47,405 nt of DNA, from NCBI RefSeq assembly GCF_001194135.2, contig NC_069001.1:7938021-7985425 (forward strand). Direction: 5' to 3'. Origin of the DNA: Octopus bimaculoides. Lineage: Eukaryota. Below are positions 12,063 through 24,081 of this stretch, in pieces (positions within the stretch are counted from its first letter, which is position 1; the number at the start of each line of letters is the position of its first letter). Below the pieces are notes generated by a model, which worked only from the letters and a program-made list of their open reading frames with translations, had not been told where the DNA came from and searched no databases. Both the position numbers and the translations under genes were made by a program.

Positions 12063-12953
12063 TTTGGTTACGTGTCGCCTTTCACTACTTTTTCGTTTTT
12101 TGAAATACACACACATATATATATACACACACATATATATATGTAGGTATGTATACATATGTATATAGATAGATAGGTAGACATATGTATGTATATATAT
12201 ATATATACATATTTATATATATACATATATACACATGTATATAAATATCCCTATATTTACATATACATACATACAGGTGTGTGCGCATTTTATGTATGTT
12301 TATATTCATGTATGCATGCATGTATGTATGCATGCATGCATGTGTATGTACGTACAATATTTGCCATCTCCTTCCATAGATCCACTTCAGCCCTTCCTCC
12401 CACCCTCCCTCCTTCCCACCCTCCCACTCCATCTCTCAATCCCTCAATCCTCGCTTTCAGTATGTTTACCCAAGGTTGTTCACCATTCATATTTTCCACA
12501 CTCTTACAGCAAATAAAGTGTCTTTTGAAAGATCCCTGACATGAATAATAAAAACGGCATGTTAGAGCTCATTGCACGCCAAAACCTTATTAAAATCGAT
12601 TTTTTTTTTCTCTCTCTCTCTCTCTCTCTCTTTTGGAGAGACGGTAATTTCAGGTTTATAAGATGACGTGATAGTGGCGAGATTGTTTGAGAGAGACAGA
12701 GAGAGAGAGAGATGACGTGACTTTGTTGACGGCATTACTGATTAAATTGGGATTTAAAATATCTGTAACAAGGAATGAAAAACGTCCGTCAACTGGATGA
12801 CCAGCAGTTATAGCTTCGACTCTTCTCAGCTCAACAAATTGTAAATTACATTGTAGTACGTTATATTACGTTGTATTACGTTATATTGTTATATTATATT
12901 CAAGAAAAACAGTAGGGAATTCTAATCCATGAGTGTGTTCCGACTGTGTACTA

Positions 12954-13008
<55 letters not shown>

Positions 13009-13831
13009 GGCGTAGAGCTGGCAGAATCGTTACGACGCTGGACGAAATGATTAGCAGTATTTCGTCCAAGTGCTACGTTCTGAGTTCAAATTCCGCCAAG
13101 ATCGACTTTGCCTCTCATCTTTCGGGGTCGATTAAATAAGTACCAGTTATGCACTTGGATCGATGTAATCGACTTAATCCCTTTGTCTGGCCTTGTTTGT
13201 CCCCTCTATGTTTAGCCCCCTGTGGGCAATACAGAAATAATTATCATTATTACGGCGACGAGCTGTCAGAATCGTTAGCACGCTGGACAAAATGCTTAGC
13301 AGTATTTCGTTCTGAGTTCAAATTCCGCCGAGGTCGACTTTACTTTTCATCCTTTCGGGGTCGATAAATTAAGTACCAGTGAAACACTGGGGGTCGACGT
13401 GATCCACTAGTCCCCTCCCCCAAAATGTCAGGCCTTGTGCCTTTAGTAGAAAGGATTATTATTATTAGGGCGGCGAGCTGGCAAAATCATTAGCGCGCAG
13501 GGCGAAATGCTTTGCGGTATTTCGTCCGTCTTTACGGTCTGAGTTCAAATTCCGCGGAGATCGACTTTGCCTTCCATCCTTTCGGGATCAATAAAATAAG
13601 TACCTATTGAGCACTAGAGGCGATGTAATCGACTATTCCCTTTCCCTAAAACTGCTGGCCTTGCGCCAAAATTTGAAACCAATATTTTAAAGGCGGCGAG
13701 CTGGCAGAATCGTTAGCACGCCAGGCAAAATGTTTTGCAGTATTTTGCCCATCGCTACGTTCAGAGTTCAAATTCCGCCAAGGTCCATTTTACCTTTCAT
13801 CCTTTCGAAGTTGATAAAATAAGTACCAGTT
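13009..13831 (+). mobile_element. Head-to-tail array of four SINE family A copies
   Basis: Heads at 13009, 13254, 13469, 13692; fourth truncated at 13831. Confidence 0.88.
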
Positions 13832-14190
13832 GTAAGAGGGAGGGGAGCTATGGTGGTCCTTTATTACTAGGCATTTATTACTAGGTACAAATTACGTGAG
13901 AGGGAGCTATAGTGGCCCTTTATTACTAGGTACAGATTATGTAAGAGGGAGCTATGGTAGCGTTGTATCACTAGGTACAAACTGTGTAAGGAGTTATGGT
14001 AGCCCTTTATTACTAGGTACAAATTATGTAAGAGGGGGCTAACTCAAATATTACTAAGCACAAATTTGTTAAGAGAAAGCTTGAGTAACACTATTATAAA
14101 GTCAGACTAATTAAGGAGGTATGGTAGTAAAGTTTCTCTAGGTATAGATTATGTAAAAGAGAGCTATGCAGCCCTGTGTTACTAGGTAGA
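13832..14190 (+). repeat. 45-bp minisatellite, about 6-7 degenerate units
   Basis: Unit approx. GTAAGAGGGAGCTATGGTAGCCCTTTATTACTAGGTACAAATTAT. Confidence 0.85.
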
Positions 14191-15041
14191 CACACACATA
14201 CACGCGCACGCAAGCACATATATATAAATATGCGTTTGTGTGTGTGTGTGTATGCGCATACTGTGTATATGAACGTGTATGTATGTATGTATACATGCAT
14301 GTATCTATGTAATTGACCCACCACCACCGCCGCCGCCACTGCTGACACCACCACCAACTCCTCACCTGGATAGAGACAGTTCAATTCATCGAAGATTAAA
14401 GTACGATGGCAGGCAGACAAAGAAGAACCAGTTACGTGTCCAAGGTGTTTATTCTGTCAGCCTGTATGTCTTTAGCCCGTCTTATTTCCCCGTCAGGCCA
14501 TTGTGTTTAAATCTAAACATTTTCCAAGCAATAAGACCGGACAGAACGGTCCGTAATGGATACCTTCATCTAATGGAGTAAACCATTGGACTGCAGCAGA
14601 AGATTCCTTATAGCAGTGAAAAGCAATCAATCTATGTCAACAAGAAGTTGGGAGCGAGCGGGACGCCTTTCCGCCTTTTCACTCACATTCACACGCAACG
14701 GACACGCGTGTACATTGTGCTCTGTGTGTGTGTGTGTGTGTGTGTGTCTAACTATCTATCTCTACCTCTTTNNNNNNNNNNNNNNNNNNNNNNNNNNNNN
14801 NNNNNNNNNNNNNNNNNNNNNNNNNNNNNNNNNNNNNNNNNNNNNNNNNNNNNNNNNNNNNNNNNNNNNNNNNNNNNNNNNNNNNNNNNNNNNNNNNNNN
14901 NNNNNNNNNNNNNNNNNNNNNNNNNNNNNNNNNNNNNNNNNNNNNNNNNNNNNNNNNNNNNNNNNNNNNNNNNNNNNNNNNNNNNNNNNNNNNNNNNNNN
15001 NNNNNNNNNNNNNNNNNNNNNNNNNNNNNNNNNNNNNNNNN

Positions 15042-15090
<49 letters not shown>

Positions 15091-17279
15091 CATACATATA
15101 CATTATGCATATAAATACACATATATATGACTGTGTATTGTGTGCATATATGCAGATAGATAGATAGATGTGTGTGTATACATACATATGTGTGTGTGTG
15201 TAGAGAGAGAGAGAGGTGGAGGCGGGAGAAGCAAAAAGAGATACTAAAACCAACATAAACGTATACTGATATATATATATAAATACTTACATTCACACAC
15301 ACTTGTTGAACGTTTTCTCTCTCTTCTATTTCCAGTTGATAAGTCATAAAATATTCGTTCAAAGCTTACATACCCATCGCACACACGCACATCACCACCA
15401 CCACCACCACCAGAACAGACCAGATCAGACCAGACCAGTCCAGTCCAGTCCAGACCAAGCCAAACAGATGCACCTGGGACAAAGACAGCGCGTGCACCCG
15501 CTGTGGTAATCTGTTTCCAAGCAGACGATAACATAACGTCACGGATAAAGGAGGAGACCAACAATGGCGGATAAAAGAGAAATCTGCAGATACTTCAGCC
15601 GGACTATATTTCGAGAAATATACCTGTAATTGTGGAGGCATTTGGTTAAAAAGTAACTGCCTCAGCATAAATCGTATATATATATATTTATATAAATGAA
15701 ATATTCAAACACTGAGATATATATATATATATATATATTACTATTATTATTATTATTATTATTAAGAAAATGGCTAGATTTAATGGATATAAATTATTTT
15801 ATTTAACATTTTTTTAATAAGGCTACAATTGTTTAAATTCACACTCAATAAAAATTATAAACCTAAAGAATAAAATAAGTTTGCATTTTGAATATTTAGA
15901 ATAAAACAGACGACTAATTAATCTGTTGGGGAATCTCAATTGATCAACATGTAGTTTCTTTTCCAATCACCAAAGTAACTTGGGACTTGTGAAAGGAAAG
16001 CTGAACATTGCTCAGAACGTACGGAACTAAGACAAATTAAAATTCTGAAAACAAGCATTGGACGTTCAGGACAAACTTAGGGAAATGTTTTGGACAAGTA
16101 AAAGGTTAATGGAACGCTTCGTGGTTTCAGATTTTTAGCAAAAGGCCAGCAAATATAGAAGGAGGGGATAAGGCGATTACATCGTGTGCAAAGAGTTGGG
16201 ATATGGCAATGGTGGTGGTGGCGGCGGCGATGTTGATGGATGGAGGCGCCGTCGGCGGCAGCAGCTGCGATAACGGTGGTGATATGATAATAATGGTGAT
16301 GATGATGATGTGGTGGTGGTGTTACTTTCCATATTCGTCGTCGTCGTCATCATAATCATCGTCGTCGTCATCTTTGTTGTCATCACCATCGTCGTCGTTG
16401 TCGTCGTCATCGTCATCATTAAATAAACGATGTTTTTGCTCCCTGTTTCTGAATATTTTTTGCTGTCTTTTTTTTTTTATAGTTTTTAGTTTTAATTCCA
16501 TTCTTATTCCAACATCTATTCTGTTGTTCTGAGGTCTTTCTTCTTTTTTTTCTTTCTTTCCTTCTCTTTTTTTTTTTCGTCAGAGAATGGTTGAAACGTT
16601 TGGTAATGATATCCAGCCAGTCTAATGTATCGCCGCTGCCGCCACCTATCACTTCTGTTTCTGCTTTATTATCTTGAAGCACTTAACAGATTTTTGCAGA
16701 CAAACCAGGAACACTTATTTTCCAGGTAGACACAGAAAGTAAAACAGGGAGGGAAGAGAGAGAGAGAGAGAGAGAGATGTTGGGATGAGTATGTTTGTGG
16801 AGATGAGGAGAGAAGAAGAGAATGAGAGAGAGAGAGACAGAGACAGACAGAATCAGACAGACAGATAGACAAAGGGGCAAAAGCAGAGAGGACGGAGTCC
16901 AAATGTGTGTGTGGGAGAGAGACAGACAGACAGACACACACACACACAGAGAAAGACAGACAGAGGTAGAGTGCAAGCTTGTGTTAATCTACAGAGAGAG
17001 AGAAAGAGAGACCAAAATAGAGAGACAGAATGGATAGAGTCTAAGTGTGTGTATGTGTATGTGTGCACGCATGTATAAGAAGAGAGAGAAAGAAAGAGGA
17101 GGGTTTTTTTAATGTGTTTGTGTGATGAGAGAGAGAGAGACGGAGAGTGGCGGGGAAAAAATAGAATGTAATTTAAAAAGACTTCAAGACTTCAATTGAA
17201 TGGGTGGTGGGGAGAAGGCGGGGGTAAACTAAGTGAATAAAGTGCTTACCCCCCCCCTCACTCTTTAACAAATGAACAA

Positions 17280-17315
<36 letters not shown>

Positions 17316-17905
17316 AAGTAATAGAAAAGTGAAAAAAATACCCATGTAGATATATATATGTGTGTGTGTGTGTATGTATATATATATATGATGTATGTAT
17401 ATATACGTGTGTTAGTGTATGTCTGTGTAAAATGTAGAGTACATGAACAAATATACACACATATATACATACATATACATACGCACACATACATGCATAC
17501 GTACGTACGTACATACATATGCGAATGCATGTATACTTACATCTTTCCATACATACATGCATACATAGAAAAATAGAGGTATATCAAATAGCATACAAAA
17601 TAAATTCTTGCTTTATTAGAATTATCTCCACATCTAAAAGATGCATTATAATTTCTAAATGGTAATTAAGACCAGCTCTACTTGAGATGAAGAGATAACT
17701 TTAACATTCAATAATTCTCCAATCCCGACATGCCACTAAGGAAAAGAACAAGCAGATTGTCTTAAGACATTATATGAAGATAAGAGAAACGTATGCCCGT
17801 GACTGTCCTCTTATTTTCACACGAATTAATTTTATGAAGATAAGAGGACAGCCACGGGCATATATTTCTGACTCAATGGGTCTCATTAGCACAATTGTTA
17901 TAAAC

Positions 17906-20045
17906 CAGCGATATACAACCTGCTGCCCGCGGGCCGCATGCAGCCCACGAAGGCATTTTGTAATGGTTTTCTTAATTTAATAAATAACTGAAAATTCACA
18001 CAACGAACTGTTCTAAAATGTTATTTACCTTATTTATAAATTCATTCAATTCTTCGATCTTTCTGGGCAGATATATCATATTTTCATAGAAATCATCTCT
18101 TTTCATCAATTATTGTAATAAATCTTTTTTCAATGGACATTAGTGCTAACCCAAGCAATCTTCTTTCTCCTGTCGCATTTCTTTGGTATGTTTTGAGTCT
18201 ACTTAATGCAGTAAAGGATCGCTCTACAGAAGCAGTGGTAGACGGAATTGTCAAAATCAACTTGCACAGATTGAAGAGTTCTGGCATAGCTTCAACAAGG
18301 TCACTGCTGTAAATGTAACTCATTAAATGACTTAACTTCGCTTTTTAAAATCTTTCATTGAATACATCACATTGAGCTCACTTTGTAATCGTATTACATC
18401 AAAAAATCTGCCATAAGTGATTTTTAAAGAATCTAAAGAGACCACAGGAAATTGTTTGCAATATTCATCAACTTTGTTGAAATTCAAAAGTTCCATGAAT
18501 TTAAACTCTTCTAAGGATGAATATCGTGCTTTTATTTGGTCAACTANNNNNNNNNNNNNNNNNNNNNNNNNNNNNNNNNNNNNNNNNNNNNNNNNNNNNN
18601 NNNNNNNNNNNNNNNNNNNNNNNNNNNNNNNNNNNNNNNNNNNNNNNNNNNNNNNNNNNNNNNNNNNNNNNNNNNNNNNNNNNNNNNNNNNNNNNNNNNN
18701 NNNNNNNNNNNNNNNNNNNNNNNNNNNNNNNNNNNNNNNNNNNNNNNNNNNNNNNNNNNNNNNNNNNNNNNNNNNNNNNNNNNNNNNNNNNNNNNNNNNN
18801 NNNNNNNNNNNNNNNNNNNNNNNNNNNNNNNNNNNNNNNNNNNNNNNNNNNNNNNNNNNNNNNNNNNNNNNNNNNNNNNNNNNNNNNNNNNNNNNNNNNN
18901 NNNNNNNNNNNNNNNNNNNNNNNNNNNNNNNNNNNNNNNNNNNNNNNNNNNNNNNNNNNNNNNNNNNNNNNNNNNNNNNNNNNNNNNNNNNNNNNNNNNN
19001 NNNNNNNNNNNNNNNNNNNNNNNNNNNNNNNNNNNNNNNNNNNNNNNNNNNNNNNNNNNNNNNNNNNNNNNNNNNNNNNNNNNNNNNNNNNNNNNNNNNN
19101 NNNNNNNNNNNNNNNNNNNAGCGAAAGTGCAAATTAATAGATGCGAGCATAAAAATCACGTGTGCATGCGCAAAACATGTATTGGGGGGTTTTTTTTCTA
19201 AACAAATAAAATAATTTCTTTACACAAAGTAAACAATTTTTTTTAAACAAAGTAAATAAATTATACACTACCTGCTTTTGGTAAAGAGTCCATTAAAACG
19301 TCTTCGTTTCTGGAAAATTCCAAATTACGACTACAGGACTTTATTCTTCTCACGTATCTATGGCACCATAATACAGCCGTACATGCATCGTCTGATATGA
19401 CCGGTCTTTCAACATCTACTGGTTGTTCAATGGTATCAGTACATGAGAGACATTACAAGTAATTATCTTTTGCGTAACCCCTACCAAATTGGTGGACTTG
19501 GCCACATCGTAGAAATAGATTAATCTACGATGTGCAAGCACAAATACAACAGGGACCACTCTTCTTGAATAGTACCCAAACTTAGCTTTCTCATTTTTCT
19601 TGACAACCGATGCTAGTGTGTTTACGTCCCCGTAACTTAGCGGTTCGGCAAAAAGGCCGATAGAATAAGTACTAGGCTTACAAAGAATAAGTCCTGGGGT
19701 CGATTTGTTCGACANNNNNNNNNNTAAGTACTAGGCTTACAAAGAATAAGTCCTGGGGTCGATTTGTTCGACAAAAAGGCGGTGCTCCAGCATGGCCGCA
19801 GTCAAATGACTGAAACAAGTAAAAGAGTAAAAAAGTAAAAAGGCCAAGAGAATAATTTATTAAGGGAAGCACTTCCAGTTAGCCATTTTTTCTTTTCATA
19901 TAAATTAACCTGAAATTGTCTCGTGAATTTCTTGTAGCTTCGCAAATTAGGTAAATTCGGTATTGGTCTCCCACTGTTTATAATTAATTGTTTTCCATCG
20001 AAGTCTCTTTTCGAAAAACTATTTCTCAAAATATCGTTTCACTCA
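17906..20045 (-). mobile_element. Decayed hAT DNA transposon (ZMYM1/Buster-like), interrupted by gaps and a SINE
   Basis: hATC dimerisation motif LILTIPSTTASVERSFTALSRLKTYQRN...RL..LAL.SIEK at 18120-18290. TTF-zinc-finger-like RQF...WLTG....KLF.WP at 19840-19920. Terminal CAGCGATATACAACCTGCTGCCCGCGGGCCGCATG at 17906, preceded by TTATAAAC (NNNTANNN). Confidence 0.85.
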
Positions 20046-20856
20046 NNNNNNNNNNNNNNNNNNNNNNNNNNNNNNNNNNNNNNNNNNNNNNNNNNNNNNN
20101 NNNNNNNNNNNNNNNNNNNNNNNNNNNNNNNNNNNNNNNNNNNNNNNNNNNNNNNNNNNNNNNNNNNNNNNNNNNNNNNNNNNNNNNNNNNNNNNNNNNN
20201 NNNNNNNNNNNNNNNNNNNNNNNNNNNNNNNNNNNNNNNNNNNNNNNNNNNNNNNNNNNNNNNNNNNNNNNNNNNNNNNNNNNNNNNNNNNNNNNNNNNN
20301 NNNNNNNNNNNNNNNNNNNNNNNNNNNNNNNNNNNNNNNNNNNNNNNNNNNNNNNNNNNNNNNNNNNNNNNNNNNNNNNNNNNNNNNNNNNNNNNNNNNN
20401 NNNNNNNNNNNNNNNNNNNNNNNNNNNNNNNNNNNNNNNNNNNNNNNNNNNNNNNNNNNNNNNNNNNNNNNNNNNNNNNNNNNNNNNNNNNNNNNNNNNN
20501 NNNNNNNNNNNNNNNNNNNNNNNNNNNNNNNNNNNNNNNNNNNNNNNNNNNNNNNNNNNNNNNNNNNNNNNNNNNNNNNNNNNNNNNNNNNNNNNNNNNN
20601 NNNNNNNNNNNNNNNNNNNNNNNNNNNNNNNNNNNNNNNNNNNNNNNNNNNNNNNCTATAGTAGAAGACACTTGCCCAAGGCGCCACGCAGTGGGAATGA
20701 ACCCGGAACCATGTGGTTGGTAAGCAGCTACTTACCACGATATATATATATATACTTTAAGTTCGATTACGGGAAAGCATCTATTTGATTATGCTGGTCA
20801 TTTGGCAATGACAGTTTTTGGTAGAGTTGCACTGAGCTGTGCCTATATAATGTAGG

Positions 20857-20869
<13 letters not shown>

Positions 20870-20891
<22 letters not shown>

Positions 20892-21105
20892 CCTTTCTAC
20901 TATAGGCACAAGGCCTGAAATTTGCGGGGAGGTGGTGCAGTCGATTACATCGATCCTCAGTGTTTTACTGGTACTTAATTTATCAACCCCGAAAGGATAA
21001 AAAGGAAAAGTCGACATCGGTGGAATTTGAACTCAGAACGGAGCGACGGGCGAAATACCGCAAAGCTTTTCGTCCAGCGTGCTTACGATTCAACCAGCAT
21101 GTCGC
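20870..21105 (-). mobile_element. SINE family A copy
   Basis: Reverse-complement match to the 5748 copy, with (TAA)n tail. Confidence 0.8.
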
Positions 21106-21117
21106 CAACAATCCTTA

Positions 21118-21392
21118 GATGGAATTATAAATATGTTAATGAATCGCTACGTGCGTTTCTGCAAGTCACGTGTTTCTTACGATCGTGGTCTATATTCCTG
21201 GGATGATTTACAGAATAGCCCGCAGTATCCATTGACATCGGGTGGACATCGTATTCATGCGTTCATTTCTTCGGGCCATATGGTATTAACGTTCGAAGTA
21301 GTACGGACTGTGTTGTAATCATCATCCCAGGAATACGGATTATTTTCTTAAGAAACGTGTAGCGGTGCATTAAAATATTTATAAATTCCATC
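21118..21392. mobile_element. MITE-like/foldback element with long imperfect terminal inverted repeats
   Basis: 21118-21150 vs reverse complement of 21359-21392 (3 mismatches, 1 indel); 21193-21207 vs 21321-21335 is a perfect 15-bp inverted match. Confidence 0.7.
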
Positions 21393-21526
21393 CGTGGACT
21401 AAACTCGGAATGATGTGGTTGAGAAGCAGGCTTCTTACCACAAAGCCACACCTGCGCCTATGTACACACACACACACACATTAAGCATATATAAACGCGT
21501 ACAGGATATATATATATATATATATA

Positions 21527-21747
21527 GCGTGGCCGTTGCCAGTACCGCCTGACTGGCCTTCGTGCGGGTGACACGTAAAAGCACCCACTACACTCTCTGA
21601 GTGGTTGGCGTTAGGAAGGGCATCCAGCTGTAGAAACTCTGCCAAATCAGATTGGAGCCTGGTGTAGCCATCTGGTTTCACCAGTCCTCAGTCAAATCGT
21701 CCAACCCATGCTAGCATGGAAAGCGGACGTTAAACGACGACGACGAC
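21527..21747 (+). mobile_element. Repeat family C (GGAAGGGCATCCAGCTGTAGAAA body, CATGGAAAGCGGACGTTAAA-(GAT/GAC)n tail)
   Basis: Near-identical copies at 36170-36363 (+) and 43031-43313 (+); others at about 24295-24640, 30315-30510, 38266-38365 (-), 38862-39055 (-), 39690-39883, 40545-40700, 45275-45535 (-). Confidence 0.85.
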
Positions 21748-22556
21748 NNNNNNNNNNNNNNNNNNNNNNNNNNNNNNNNNNNNNNNNNNNNNNNNNNNNN
21801 NNNNNNNNNNNNNNNNNNNNNNNNNNNNNNNNNNNNNNNNNNNNNNNNNNNNNNNNNNNNNNNNNNNNNNNNNNNNNNNNNNNNNNNNNNNNNNNNNNNN
21901 NNNNNNNNNNNNNNNNNNNNNNNNNNNNNNNNNNNNNNNNNNNNNNNNNNNNNNNNNNNNNNNNNNNNNNNNNNNNNNNNNNNNNNNNNNNNNNNNNNNN
22001 NNNNNNNNNNNNNNNNNNNNNNNNNNNNNNNNNNNNNNNNNNNNNNNNNNNNNNNNNNNNNNNNNNNNNNNNNNNNNATATATATATATATATATATAAA
22101 ACAAATAATAAATGAGTATATGCATATATACGTACAGGTATGTGCATACCTACGTCTACCTGTATATATAGGTGCATATCTAGGTATACACACACACACA
22201 CGCATACATGTATCTGTGTGTTATTCACCCATACATGCATCCACATGAATAGTTACTATTTACATGGAAACAATAAATTGTTTCCGAGTTCAGCCCATGG
22301 ATGGAAGATTATCTGCAGTGGCAGCGTTGAATTAATTCTGAAGTGACAAATAAATAACCCTTTCCACTATAGGCAAAAACTACGTAAAAATAATGTTTGT
22401 AATTTTATTTTGCGTGTGTGCATTGGAGTTCTCGAGCGTATTGATCAGGGAAGTAACTTGTACGTATCTCCATTTAATCACTTGTCATTTCAGGATTTTG
22501 TCTCTTGGTATTTTTATACTACTGCATGCGTGCGTATTCACACACACACACAAACG

Positions 22557-22590
<34 letters not shown>

Positions 22591-22723
22591 GACAGACAGA
22601 CAGGCAGACAGACAGACAGACACTGACACTCATCTACAACTGTTAAATAATGTCCAGACATGGAGACACACAAATACTTACATATAAACACATGCAAACA
22701 CACACACACATACATGCAAATAC

Positions 22724-23115
22724 GTGGCTGTGGTAAGAAGCTTGTTTACCAACCACATGGTCCTCGGTTCAGTCCCACTGAATAGCATCTCGGGTAAGTG
22801 TCTTCTACTATAACCTCACGCCGACGAAAGCTTTATGAGTGGATTCGGTAGACGGAAACTGAAAGAAGCCAGTCATATATGTGTATGTGCATATGTCTTT
22901 GTGTTTGACAACCAGTGTTGGTGTGTTTACATCCCTGTAACATAGTGGTTCAGCAAAAGACAGTGATAGAATAAGTACCAGACTTTAAAAAAAAAAAAAA
23001 AAAGAAAAGAAAGTATTGCGGTCAATTCATTCAGCTTAAAGTTCTACAAGGCCGGGCCGGGCCCCAGCATGGCCACAGTCTAATGACTGAAACAAGTAAA
23101 AAATTAAAAAATAAA
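22724..23115 (+). mobile_element. tRNA-headed SINE family B (CORE-like), near full length
   Basis: Head GTGGCTG..TGGTAAG...GGTTCAGTCCCACTG; CORE-like GCACCTTGGGCAAGTGTCTT in better-preserved copies; tail GCATGGCCACAGTC.AATGACTGAAACAAGTAAAAGA. Confidence 0.82.
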
Positions 23116-23327
23116 AGATTGCAAGAGACAATAAAATATGAGAATATAGACATACTTTTATTCTTTTTCTTTTTATTCTTCTTTCTTTTGTTCTTATTCT
23201 TCAACTTCAAATCTTAACAGAAATAAACATTGAATTTCTTTGTGCTATATCCCNNNNNNNNNNNNNNNNNNNNNNNNNNNNNNNNNNNNNNNNNNNNNNN
23301 NNNNNNNNNNNNNNNNNNNNNGCTAAG

Positions 23328-23525
23328 GCAGCGTTTTTCAAACTGTAGACCCCGACCTTTCAGTGGATCGCAAGATAAATAAAATGGGTCGTGACAAGAA
23401 AAGAAGGGAAGGATAAAAAAAAAAAAAAAAGCAAGCGGATGCAGAGTGCAGAATATAAACCAGCGTCTTTCAAATTGTGGGTCCTGACCCTTCAGTGAGT
23501 CCCAACCCTTCAGTGGGTCATGACA
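23328..23525 (+). mobile_element. Two hAT/Charlie-like terminal fragments in direct orientation
   Basis: CAGCGTTTTTCAAACTGTAGACCCCGACC at 23328 and CAGCGTCTTTCAAATTGTGGGTCCTGACC at 23462; a similar CAGTGGTTTTCAACC at about 40265. Confidence 0.5.
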
Positions 23526-24081
23526 AAAAAGTTAGGACAAACGCTGTCCTAAGATATTACTGGTTGATAAATCCAGTACAATTCGCTTTAATTTTCTCTC
23601 TCTCTCTCTATGTTCCGCTCTTTCTTGTTTTCTTTCTCCCTCTCACTCTTTCTCTTCTCCCTTTCACACCCTTCTCCCCTCCTCATTATCTCACTCTCTC
23701 TGTCTCTGTTCCATTCTTTCTAGTTCTTTCTCTCTTCATCTGTCTCTAAATCTCTCTCTTTCACACCCCTCTCCCCTTCCTCATTCTCTTTCCCTCTCCC
23801 TCCTCCCTCTCTCTTTTCTCCCTTTCACAACCTCCCCCCTCCTCTCTCTCTCTCTCACTCCCAACCCTTATATCAGTAAATCCCAACCTGTCATCATTGT
23901 GACACATTTTCTTGTTACTGCCACAGTTGTCATCGCTGTTGTTGTTGTTGCTGTTGCTGTTGCTACTGCTGTTATTTCCACTATTGTTGTTGATGCTACT
24001 GTCATCATTATATCTACTACAATTGCTACTGCTGCTGCTTCTGCTGCTGCTGTTGTTGTTGCTGTTCTTGCAGCCAAACCA

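Noticed and set aside
13009-14190. Possible CRISPR-like repeat-spacer array
   Set aside because: Eukaryotic locus; units are SINEs and a minisatellite without unique spacers, and there are no cas genes.
19675-19772. Apparent 49-bp tandem duplication within a SINE
   Set aside because: The copies flank a 10-N gap, typical of an unmerged contig overlap.
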